A stretch of DNA of 64,000 bases, from positions 160,789-224,788 of the forward strand of contig NW_027192215.1 in assembly GCF_041956535.1 (NCBI RefSeq), written 5' to 3'. The position numbers and the translations under genes were made by a program. The notes beneath the pieces were generated by a model. That model was given only the letters and a program-made list of their open reading frames with translations, made no database searches and was not told where the DNA came from. This document shows, piece by piece, positions 1 to 9,823 of this stretch; the first letter of the stretch is position 1, and every line of letters begins with the position of its first letter. The stretch comes from Calcarisporiella thermophila CBS 279.70 (lineage: Eukaryota > Fungi > Calcarisporiellomycota).

Positions 1-426
1 TGGGGGGATGTGTCGGATCGTTTTCTTGGACATCCGAATTCCATCGATGCGATCTGCCGGGTTGATGAGGATACAATTGTTACGGGATCAAGTGATGGTA
101 TTATTCGCGTTATCGGCATTCTTCCCAACAAGTTTCATGGAATAATTGGGGAGCATGAGGATTTCCCCGTGGAGCAGATAAAAATGTCGTGGGACAAGCG
201 ATATTTAGCAAGTTGCTCCCACGACGCTGTTGTGCGATTCTGGGATGTGAGATATCTGTTTGAATCGGAGGAGGAAGAAGAAACCAAGGATGAACAAAAG
301 GATGAAGATGAAAATGATACCGGAGGGATGGAGGTAGATGAAGAGGGATCCGGATCGAAGAAGCGGCGAAAGAATAAGAAGGAGAAAAACGCTGGCCCAG
401 TCGATGAGTTCTTTGCTGATTTATAG
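1..426 (+). CDS. JIP5: WD40-repeat protein JIP5/WDR55, 3' end only (gene starts before the window)
   Basis: Frame is open from base 1: WGDVSDRFLGHPNSID...TGSSDGIIR..ILPNKFHGIIGEHEDFPVE...LASCSHD..VRFWD, then an acidic/basic tail ending FFADL*. This is typical of WDR55/JIP5. Confidence 0.85.
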   Translation, partial: WGDVSDRFLGHPNSIDAICRVDEDTIVTGSSDGIIRVIGILPNKFHGIIGEHEDFPVEQIKMSWDKRYLASCSHDAVVRFWDVRYLFESEEEEETKDEQKDEDENDTGGMEVDEEGSGSKKRRKNKKEKNAGPVDEFFADL

Positions 427-869
427 TAATAAATCGAATAGTTAGCACAACACTAGCAAAATTAATACGCACCACAAATAGTTTTGTGTGTGACTGCACG
501 ACGCTATTCAACCTAGTGATCCAGTTTTTAGGAAAAATAAATTTGCGGTAAGCTGGTGTCTTAAAGGCTCGGGTTTTTTTTCTGCCTCGCCCCCCTCCCC
601 CCCTTTGTTTCCCTTCTTTGGTTTCCAATTCCAACGTCCAAGTTGGCTGAAGCGACAATAACCACGGGTCCGCTTATTCATTTGCGTCATCGCCTCTATA
701 TTTATCTCAGAGTTTGAGTTTCTTTATGACCTTTCATATACAATGCATCTCCCGTTACACCATATCTGTAAATAATAAGTTTTAGGTATATTTGTCACTT
801 CAAACTCGACGATCTATCTTTAGTAATCTCTCTTCAAAATTCATCACCATTTTCTGAGACGACATCAAT

Positions 870-1808
870 ATGCTAACGACAAAATCCTTCCCGCATAAAA
901 CCCGGCTGTTACCTTCTAAAGATCGTGATGCCTCGCATCCCCGTGGGGATTTGGGGCTTCATCATGGGGCTGCGACCGGAAATCTTGGCCTCGTTAAATA
1001 TGCCCTAGATCGGGGAGTCCCCGTCGATTCCTCTATCGGAGGTGTGCTGCCTATCCACTGTGCAGCATGTAATTCCAGTGATGGAAATTTGGCGGTGCTT
1101 CAGTATCTAGTAGAGAGGGGAGCTGACATCAATGCCACACGGATTTCGAAGAAAGAGAGTTTAGGGGGCGGAGGGTGGAATACTGAGGAGTCAATTGGGG
1201 TCACTGGATCGACTGCACTTCACTTTGCCGCTGCGAATAACTGCGCTAGAAATGCCGAACTCCTTTTGCAATTGGGAGCCCATATTGATGCAGAGGATAA
1301 ATTTGGAAATACCCCTCTTATGATTGCAATCGCAAAACAACATGTCGACGTGGTGAAGGTATTAAATAGCTACGAGGCTGGCAAGAGCTACCGGAAAATG
1401 TCAGCCACATATCCCGTGAATACTTCCCCCGCCATTAAACGCAAAAAAGCAGGATGGAATCGACCACGTACGGCCTCCCAACCTATACTACTTGGAGAAG
1501 ATCCCGATGACTCGACTCCAGTTCCCGCTGGTATCAATTCAGTTGCCACAGGGCGAAAGCGGTTCTCATATCCAGGAGAAGTTAATGGTGAAATCCTTAT
1601 GGTTTGTAGCACTGAGCCAACCACTCCAGCCCAATCGATTCCTGAGTTGAAGGTATCCTCTGATACAGATTCTTTACCCGATTCTGGGCCTTCATCAATT
1701 CACTCTTCAGCGGGAGAATATCAGCAAATGCAGGGGAAAAAGCGGGGTAGAAGTGGGAGTTTGCTGGATCGTATGGTTGATTTACTCAGAACGCGAAAAG
1801 GGAATTGA
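870..1808 (+). CDS. Ankyrin-repeat protein (N-terminal ANK repeats, disordered C-terminus)
   Basis: Intronless 312 aa ORF with ANK motifs GLHHGAATGNLGLVKY, LPIHCAAC...YLVERGADIN, GSTALHFAAANN...GAHIDAEDKFGNTPLMIA. Confidence 0.9.
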   Translation: MLTTKSFPHKTRLLPSKDRDASHPRGDLGLHHGAATGNLGLVKYALDRGVPVDSSIGGVLPIHCAACNSSDGNLAVLQYLVERGADINATRISKKESLGGGGWNTEESIGVTGSTALHFAAANNCARNAELLLQLGAHIDAEDKFGNTPLMIAIAKQHVDVVKVLNSYEAGKSYRKMSATYPVNTSPAIKRKKAGWNRPRTASQPILLGEDPDDSTPVPAGINSVATGRKRFSYPGEVNGEILMVCSTEPTTPAQSIPELKVSSDTDSLPDSGPSSIHSSAGEYQQMQGKKRGRSGSLLDRMVDLLRTRKGN

Positions 1809-2110
1809 ACTAGAGAGATGATGCACTTGTAACTATTTATTTTTGCACATTTTTCCTATTGTATTTCAAACCCAAGCTGTGTCGATGTCTGTGAATTCAC
1901 TTATTTAACTTTAGCTTGTATATACACCTAGCATTATTTCAGTACATAACGCAAATAAAGATTATACATAAAAAGTAAACAGAAAAGCTCGTGTATTTTA
2001 TTGATATAATTATTTTCTCAAACTAAAAGATATCATATTCAATATCTAGTCTATAATGATTATTAATATTGGGCGGCAAGGGATAAATATTACAGATAAC
2101 ATAGGACATA

Positions 2111-3300
2111 TTATAACTCCTTCTTTTCATCAGTCAAATCTCCACTCTCAATTTTTTGCCGTTTTTTCTCAGTAGCACTGTGTCGTTTTCTATCAAAGAG
2201 TGACAGGCTGCTCTCAATAATAACGTATCGTGAAATTAGGCTCAGTACGACCCCTCCCACGTACATTAATATGCGGTAATAGGGGCCAAATTTTTGTAGC
2301 AAGCCTAAAATACAGGTTGGATTAGAACGTCATTTTATCTTGTGCAAAGACAAGCATCATATTACCAGGAGGAGGAGAGAGCATATAATTTATGTTTACG
2401 CCAGATATCAGCACCACTGACTCAAGAACGAATACATGGTACAGCCCGATGGCAGCATAAGAAAAGAGCGCGAACTCCAAAGAAAGCGGGAACACGGGGT
2501 ATCGGCCAGAGTGTACCATATAAATTGGGACAACCAAAAGGAGAACATGAACTAAGGGTGATATAAGATAAGTGCTCCTGCAGAAATGTCTCAGCGTAAA
2601 AGCAATAGGCGATCGTTACCTAGCCAAAAGTTCTCTTGCTCAAATAACAAGCTGAAATTCCTAAGATCTGGTTGAACCAACGCGAGCACCGTGGCCCAGA
2701 CGTAGTGTAGATAGACATTAAATCCAAGGGCGACCATCCAGTTCTTTTTTTCTCCTTTCCATCCAAAGAACAACAAAATAGACAAAAGTGTCATATTGGC
2801 ATGACAGGGTTGAAACATGCAGAGAAGAGACGAGCGTATAATTTTATGAATGGCAATAAGCAGAGTACTAGCCAAAGTCAGAACAAAGACCGCAAAATCG
2901 GTGAATGTTGCCGATCGACTGGGAGTAAAGTTTTGAAAAGCCAAAGGGATTAGATTTCTAATAGTAGTGTCAAATACGGATTAATGTTTAATGCTTTGTT
3001 TATGATCATCTTCTGTAAATATATTTACCCTTGTCGGTACAGTGCCTTTGCATATACGAAGAATAATACACCAAAAAACAAATTAAATACAAGTATCTCA
3101 GTTGCGTGCTGGCGAGGCGACAAGTACCTTGCGTAGAATTAGAGTGCTAAATACCAGATATATTGCGGAGGAAAAGCAAAAGAGAATTACCAGCTGCCAC
3201 TCAATGGCATGAGCCAGTTGGTGGAGAGAGGCATCTCGGCGCTGAATTGCTTGACGACGTATTCTACACCATCAAGAATTAATGGAATGAGAGAGCTCAT
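2111..3300 (-). CDS. TMEM164: TMEM164-family membrane protein (putative acyltransferase), 5 exons
   Basis: ATG at 3300; four GT-AG introns join MSSLIPL..GSW|YLSPRQHATE..., MFQPCH, ENFWLVHVLLLVVPIY..GRY and VNINYMLSPPP. Ends in KKEL (di-lysine-type ER motif). PCH and N-x-N-Y-M-L-x-P match my recollection of TMEM164. Confidence 0.75.
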
Positions 3301-3530
3301 GATCGGATGGATCGTTTTATTTAAGGGAAGAGGAATTAAAGCTTTTTTAATTAGGAATCCATAATTTTGGCTGCGAGCTCTCCTCCCAACAAATTAGACT
3401 TGCAGCTGAACTAAAACTTAACCCCTTACTCTTATTTGACATTTATTTGAGCTAATGGTGCTACGTCATGATGGTACAACTTAGTGCAAATGGTTAAATA
3501 GAATAAATATCGGTCAAAGGAGCTCTCTAT

Positions 3531-4163
3531 TCACCGCATTAACTGGCACTTGGCTTCTCGCAAAGAGATGTATTCATGATCTCCTTCCGTTGGTTCTTTG
3601 TCCACTAACTTTGGTGCATCGACGGGCCACAGCGGCCCTGGGATCGACATGTTTTCGTCTGCCACATAAATATCGGCGTCATTTTCAAGCATATGCGACG
3701 GAGTCAGTGTGAGCCGTATTGTCGGCAGCCTTTCTTCGTCCAAACTTGAAGAGGTCGGGAAGCCGCGCTCCACTACCTCGTCAAAATTCTCATCGGAAAA
3801 ATAGGTGCGTAGTTTTCTTCGAATAATAGGCGAGTCATAGTAGACAGGTCTCGGGGAGTGTCCGTTTGAGCAAATAGACACTTGCTCCGGCGGGTTTTCG
3901 CACTCGGAGTGAATTTGAGAAGCCATGTATAATGGATCTACTCTCTCTTGGCGTGTGGAAGGATTAGGCGCATAATCAGTTTTGAAGTGCGAGGCTACAG
4001 AGTTTCCAAACTGTTGAGATTTCATGGCAAAAAGTTTCGGAAATGAGATGGAGCTTGAACGGCGAAGAGATCTGGATGTTGAATCGTGCGCGGCAAGAGA
4101 ATGAGGTTCAGATTTTCGGTGGGAAATGCGTTTTTCTGTCTGGGAAACTAACTGTGAGTCCAT
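3531..4163 (-). CDS. Conserved fungal hypothetical protein (210 aa)
   Basis: Intronless ORF. YYDSPIIRRKLRTYFSDENFDEVVERGFP...TIRLTLTP resembles an uncharacterised fungal motif (YY.dP..R.KLR.Y.....FDE.iE.GFP...TL.mTLT). Confidence 0.7.
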   Translation of the reverse strand: MDSQLVSQTEKRISHRKSEPHSLAAHDSTSRSLRRSSSISFPKLFAMKSQQFGNSVASHFKTDYAPNPSTRQERVDPLYMASQIHSECENPPEQVSICSNGHSPRPVYYDSPIIRRKLRTYFSDENFDEVVERGFPTSSSLDEERLPTIRLTLTPSHMLENDADIYVADENMSIPGPLWPVDAPKLVDKEPTEGDHEYISLREAKCQLMR

Positions 4164-4801
4164 AAGTAGAGGCTGTATGTTAAATATTTGACCGTGTCAT
4201 ACGCATAGAAAAGCACAGGCTAAAGAGACGTTATCATGACAAGTATTCACAGCTAGTATTTCCCTGTGATATCTCCGTTACCAGGGATCCGGTCGATGTG
4301 TAAAATAAGAAACCGGATGCCCACATATAGGTTCAAGGTAAAGCCATGCAGATCATCCGATTCGAATCAAATCCGTTACTATACTAATTCATAAGAATAA
4401 TTTGATATTTATATTTATTTCAATGATAGAAGTTAGCTTTATTCGCTGTGGATTGAAGATGGTAGGTGATATTGTAGATAAACTGTAGACTGTAGCTAAT
4501 ATTTTGCTTAGTTCTAAAGGCAAATTAGCATTCAAAACAATAGACCAATGCTAATTATACCAATACCATGATCCAATTTACTTAGTATGGATATCAGTGT
4601 GATGGATTTACCCCATAAATTCGGACTAGTAAATTCAATTTTTTTTACCGATTTGACTTCGCGTTTAGAAATGACATGATATCTGAAATTTATCTGAAAA
4701 GTAGATCGTAGAATTTTTCTAGAATGCCCAGCAGAGAGAAATTGTTGCAAAAACATATTGCATATTCCCCATCCTCTCTTCCATTTACAAGTATTAAAAA
4801 A

Positions 4802-6394
4802 ATGTTTTTTGCATCTATATCAGAGGCACTTCCTTATTTTATTTTATTTATTGCTGTATTATACTTTATTCTATTTGAATATCCAGACTGGCGTAGTAAG
4901 CGCTCTCTTGGTCATTCTACTTATGCCAAGACTCGAATTAACAAGGATGAAATACAACTTTCAAATGCCATACTTTTCCCCATATTGCTTCCCATTTCAA
5001 TTTTTTACTTTATTTTCATTCTTACAATTAACACATTGCGTCTGATTATTTTTATAACCCTCGACACTGTGGAAATTTCATCCAAGTTAGCATTTTCTAA
5101 AGGCCTGGAGGTGGCGAAAGAGATAAGGAGATCTTTTCCACGATGGTTTTCGAGAATCGTGCTCAAAAATATGTCGAGAGTAATGAGAGATTGGGCAGGG
5201 CCATTTTTTGCAATAGCAATTAAAGAAATACATCATGGAGCGGAATTTATCGGTAACGAATGGGACTCATTGTGTGAGTGGTGGGAGCATAAGGGAAGAG
5301 ATAAAGCTGCAGCAATCCTTGTGCCAACACTCGAATCATTTTTCGTCGCATGCCATACTCTCTTGGTCAAACCAGTGCAGTGGATCTTGCCGAGATTCAC
5401 AATGTTGTTCAAAATACTAGTTCGAGGTGGAATCGTACTCATAGTGGACATATTAGAGGACTTGTGGTCTATACTGACCATATTGTATACGTGCGGGAAA
5501 ACCTTGCACAGTTATCTAGTAGAACCATTTATCAGCACTGTGTGGGGAATTGGGAATTGGTTAAAACCGTACGCCATAGGATGGTTGAAATATTCGGCCA
5601 ACGGAGTCTTGTTAGGCGCTACTTGGACTGGACATGCAAGCATAATTATAATAGAGCAATTGACGCCCATGATGCAGCAATATTGGAGACAAGCCGTTTC
5701 ACTTTTTCTTTTCGAGATGTCATCGGGAGTATGGAATTTTTCACTCTTTGTACTCGCATTATCTCAGATAATTTGGAAGGCGGGACAAATTTGCGTGAAA
5801 ATGATAAAATGGATATGGGATACGTGTATTGTAATGTCACGTCTCTCGGTCGTAATCTGTAGCCACGCACAGGATATTGCAACTCGAAGCTTCACCACAA
5901 TTTCAGCCTCATTTTCTCCGTTGATCGCTATTGCTAGCTCGCTCGCTCACCAGATGTCACCTTACATTTTTGGATTTATTAATGCCTCTTGCCAATTCAT
6001 TTGCAATCCGCTAATGCTTGCTACCAGGAGAATGATTTCTCTGATAACGGCCTTGATTATGGTAGTTAATCCATATATACAATCCTTACTTATCTGGGGC
6101 GGAAATTGGACTGCATTCTTGCTTTTCAATTTGTATTCGAGTATTCATGCGTTAGTTTCGTGGGCAGCGTTTAATTCATATCGTATAGTTTGCAACTATA
6201 TCAGTACACTGGCTTCCGTACTTCCTCCATTTATTTTAGCACTCGACTCCGCAAAAAACTGGTGGATATACGCACAGCCACATATAATACAGAAGGGAAA
6301 ATTCCTTGTTTTGCAAGTAGATGAGGGAATCGCGTGGATTGCCGACGAAGTGGTGGGTTGGGAAAAGCGGATAAGACTTGAGCGGAAAAGATAG
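4802..6394 (+). CDS. Hypothetical hydrophobic, Trp-rich multi-helical membrane/lipid-associated protein (~530 aa; upstream in-frame ATG at 4724)
   Basis: Long intronless ORF with N-terminal TM segments and many amphipathic W/I/L-rich helices. No recognisable catalytic motif. Confidence 0.7.
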   Translation: MFFASISEALPYFILFIAVLYFILFEYPDWRSKRSLGHSTYAKTRINKDEIQLSNAILFPILLPISIFYFIFILTINTLRLIIFITLDTVEISSKLAFSKGLEVAKEIRRSFPRWFSRIVLKNMSRVMRDWAGPFFAIAIKEIHHGAEFIGNEWDSLCEWWEHKGRDKAAAILVPTLESFFVACHTLLVKPVQWILPRFTMLFKILVRGGIVLIVDILEDLWSILTILYTCGKTLHSYLVEPFISTVWGIGNWLKPYAIGWLKYSANGVLLGATWTGHASIIIIEQLTPMMQQYWRQAVSLFLFEMSSGVWNFSLFVLALSQIIWKAGQICVKMIKWIWDTCIVMSRLSVVICSHAQDIATRSFTTISASFSPLIAIASSLAHQMSPYIFGFINASCQFICNPLMLATRRMISLITALIMVVNPYIQSLLIWGGNWTAFLLFNLYSSIHALVSWAAFNSYRIVCNYISTLASVLPPFILALDSAKNWWIYAQPHIIQKGKFLVLQVDEGIAWIADEVVGWEKRIRLERKR

Positions 6395-6428
6395 ATATTT
6401 TAACAGCGTTGTACCGTATTATAATTTG

Positions 6429-6436
6429 TGACGTCA
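6429..6436. promoter_or_regulatory. CRE/ATF palindrome TGACGTCA upstream of the LisH regulator
   Basis: Perfect TGACGTCA about 270 bp before the ATG at 6707. Confidence 0.4.
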
Positions 6437-6706
6437 TCATTTGTGCTGGAACGTCTTTTCTCAAAAAATTGAACAGGAAAAAGCGAAAGACGAGCGAAAA
6501 GGGAAAATTTTTTTATCGAGCAACCCTTTTTTTTTAATCTTCATCTATTTTATTATTATTTACATTATTATTTTCTACAATTGAAGAGTGTCAAATTACT
6601 TATAACTTCTCGATAAGAACGAAGTGCGATGTCAATAACCTGGTGGTTTTCTTATTGAAGGCTTTTGACACAGAAAATCATTTAAGCATTACACTTAATA
6701 AAGAAA

Positions 6707-9024
6707 ATGAAGTAAGTTGCTTATTTCATCTCTCCTATCCGCCTAATTTAGCTTATTTGTTATGTCTTGTATTAGGCAAAGCACAGCATCAGATCAATCG
6801 CAGTCATCGCTGGACGATCCTCGATCGCGCGATCTACTCACCCTTTACATTCATGATTATCTTGTTAAACGAAAATTCACAGCCGCAGCAACGGCATTAC
6901 GAAAGGAGGCGAACATCGCTGGCGATTCACGTGTACCGATTGATGCACCTGATGGCTTCCTGTCGGAGTGGTGGACCGTGTTTTGGGATGTATTCAATAT
7001 GGCAAGAAGCTCACGAGGAAGTGGAGGTGCACCACCTGATGTAAAATATTTTTCTAGATCCACTCACTTTGCATGGATAAAAATCTAACTGGGCTCTTTC
7101 TAAATTTTTAGTTGGCGTCTCTAATGCGCCAGAACAGTAGCTCCTTTCCCCAACCACTTCGGATCGACACTCGTCCACCAACTCCAACACAACGGCCTCA
7201 TTCTACTGGTTCCAAGCCGCAAATGCCTCCCGATCCCAGCACACCTGTACTCTCTAATTTTGGAGCTAATGCAGCTTCTCTTTCTCCTCATGCCCCACGT
7301 CCCCCAGCACCTCCTTTACCACCATCAGATAGGCCACCTACCCCCGGCGCAGGTCTTCAGACTGGTGTTGTAGATCCACAAATGTTGCAGGCATGCCTCA
7401 AAGCTGCAGGGCTGGCAGGTCGAGATCCTAGATCCCTAAACCTAGAAGAGCAGAAGCGATTTATGCATCAACTACAAAAGTTCCATATGCAACGAAGAGC
7501 AAGGTATTTTAATCGTCATAAAATCCACCCATTTACATAATTTTATCAATATTTTTTGGCATAGTGCGGTTACTCCAATCCTCTCACAATCTCAACAAAA
7601 TCCTATGGATACCGCTTCATCTCCGCAGCCTACTGGCGCTGGAGGAGCAAATACGCACAGTCCTTTACCTACAAATCAAACAATGCCCAACCAGCCCACT
7701 GGTTTAGATGCTAATAGTTCACCACGCACTTTTGAACCAGGTTCAACGCCACCTGAGCCAAAGCGCCAACGTACTGTTTCATCGTCAGGTGGACTAGGGA
7801 ACAATAATGTAATGGTCACTTCCGCAGCACAGCCCGGGATGCAAATGCAGCAGCAAAACGGAGGCAATATGATGGGTGTACAAGCGGCAATGTTTCAACA
7901 ACAACAGCAGTATATGGCTGCACGAGGAATGCCAAACATGCCGATGACGCCACAGCAGGTTAACTTTTTGATTTTTTTTTCTCTTTAAAGCCATTCTTAT
8001 TGTGTTGTTCAATATAGCAAATGATGTGGCAGCAGCAACAAATGCAGCGTATGCTTATGCAGCGCCAACAACAAGCTCAAGCGGCTGCCGCACAGCAACA
8101 TGCCGCAGCCCAGCACGCCGCTGCTCAACATGCTACCTCCCAACAACCCCCCAAACAACAACCGCCACAGCGCCCTCCAGGAATACCTCAGGGGCTTGGA
8201 ATGATGATGCCAGGTGCACAAACAGGGGGCGCCCCAGGCCAAAATTCAATGGCAGATTATTTGATGATGCTTCAACATCAACAGAAGATGCAACTGCAAC
8301 AGCAAATACTACGTCAACAAGCCCTTGCTGCACAACAGCGGGCAGCCAACATGGTAAACGGACGGCCATCACCTCAGCCTTCACAAGTACAGCAGCAATC
8401 TCAGCAACCTCAGCAGCAGCCTCAGCAGCAGCCACAGCAACAGCAGCAGCAGCAGCAGCAACAGCAACAACAGCAACAGCAGCCGCAGCAATCCCAACCT
8501 CAGCAGCAAGTGGGAGGCCAAGGAATGGGAAATACTGGAGGTCAAGCTAGTCAGAGTAATGCAAGTGGAGAAGGGGAAAGCGGGATTGAGTCAATGAATC
8601 AGCTATCGAAGCATGTGCCTATGTCTTCTGCTGCAGAAGATTCGAGTTCTTCAAATGCTCCTACGGGAGGAGATGACTCAAATATATCAGGTGGAGGCGC
8701 AAATAGTTCAGCCAATACAGGCGGGGGCGACAATGCCGGTGGGAGTTCAACAGGAGCAGGTGGAGGCGCTGATATGGACGATGCGAGTGCAAAATTGCAA
8801 CTATCAAGTATCGATGATTTGGATAGGCTGATGATGGAGGGTGACTTTTCTGATATGTTTGGCGGTGGAGGGAGTGGAGGCGATGGGCTTGACGTAGTAG
8901 ATCTATTCGGAGGTGGTGGCGGAGGATTTTTGGACGGACTTGGGACCAAGAAGGTATTATTTAATATCCAGAGGTTATTTTCTATACCGTATGATGATTA
9001 ATATTATTTTTACAGGATGAATGA
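6707..9024 (+). CDS. LisH/LUFS-domain transcriptional regulator (Flo8/Som1/SSDP-like), Q-rich, 6 exons
   Basis: ATG AA|gtaagt..ttag|G CAA gives MKQSTAS. LUFS domain LLTLYIHDYLVKRKF..AA.AL..EA..PIDAPDGFLSEWWTVFWDVF, followed by P-, Q- and G-rich low-complexity regions. Last exon is GAT GAA TGA. Confidence 0.85.
8390..8509 (+). repeat. Coding CAG/CAA polyglutamine repeat
   Basis: Near-continuous CAG/CAA codons encoding QQQSQQPQQQPQQQP(Q)nPQQSQPQQQ. Confidence 0.9.
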
Positions 9025-9299
9025 TAAAGAGAAGGGTGCAGTGACATTAATATCAAATCCAGAACGCATCAACAAAATTCTTTTTTTTCATTTTTTTTTT
9101 TATTAACGGATTTTTCAGTGGGCATTCCGCCTAGACCTCGACCAGAGGAATATTGTGAAAGGCTGATATAATTTTTATATTAGTTATATATACGTTGCTT
9201 TACGGAAACAAAAGCTTAGCTTAATTGTGCGAGTGTTCGTGTGTGTGGAAGTTTTTTTACTGTTTTTCTTTTATGTTTAATTTTTGTTTGATAATTCAC

Positions 9300-9372
9300 T
9301 TTCTTCGTTATTTTATTTTATTTTTATTCTATTTTTATTTTTATTTCTATTTTTATTTCTATTTTTCCTGTT
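9300..9372. repeat. T-rich low-complexity (TTTTA/TTTCTA)n tract
   Basis: ttattttattttatttttattctatttttatttttatttctatttttatttctattttt in intergenic sequence. Confidence 0.7.
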
Positions 9373-9687
9373 AATTTTCTGTATTGCCTTTTTTATCCTT
9401 TAAAAAATGTTATGGTGGTGATGGTTCATTCTAAACATATCGAGTTCTCAGAATTTCTCATTCAAAATTAATAGAAAACAATGATGGGGTTCTAATGGGA
9501 CTTCAAAGGAAGTTCAAACCCTGAGTATACTGATTCCGTACTCGCTGAGAAAGATGTATTATTTTGTCCTCGTTAAATACTCAGGGCATATTAATTTTTC
9601 TAAGCTAACTCCGATCTTATGAAGAAATACGCCGAATAATTAACCTTTAACACGCTCTTTACAGGCTATTAGCCATCCTAGAACTTT

Positions 9688-9700
9688 AGCCAATCAAATT
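9688..9700 (+). promoter_or_regulatory. Extended CCAAT box (AGCCAATCAAATT)
   Basis: Matches the RRCCAATCA NF-Y/HAP consensus about 125 bp upstream of the S1P lyase ATG. The motif recurs at 42006 and 62882. Confidence 0.55.
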
Positions 9701-9823
9701 AATATGCCTAGAGTGAAATATGGCTGGCCTCTCGGGAATATCGAATTTTTAGGTCAAGAGTATTATTAGTAAGGGGAACGAAACCATTATAGCATTTATT
9801 AGTATCAACTACAAGATTTCACA

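Noticed and set aside
110-690. Minus-strand ORFs 110-658 and 508-690
   Set aside because: Antisense shadow of JIP5 and its intergenic region, with no recognisable domain.
4283-4323. Hairpin GGGATCCGGT...ACCGGATGCCC considered as a SECIS or ncRNA
   Set aside because: It lies between two divergent 5' ends rather than in a 3'UTR, has no SECIS core, and no gene here needs an in-frame TGA.
8002-8949. Ala/Thr-rich alternative-frame and antisense ORFs
   Set aside because: By-products of the CAG-rich polyQ and Gly-rich coding sequence.
9478-9550. Possible C/D snoRNA (ATGATGG ... CTGA)
   Set aside because: Imperfect C box, no terminal stem and no rRNA complement that I can recognise.
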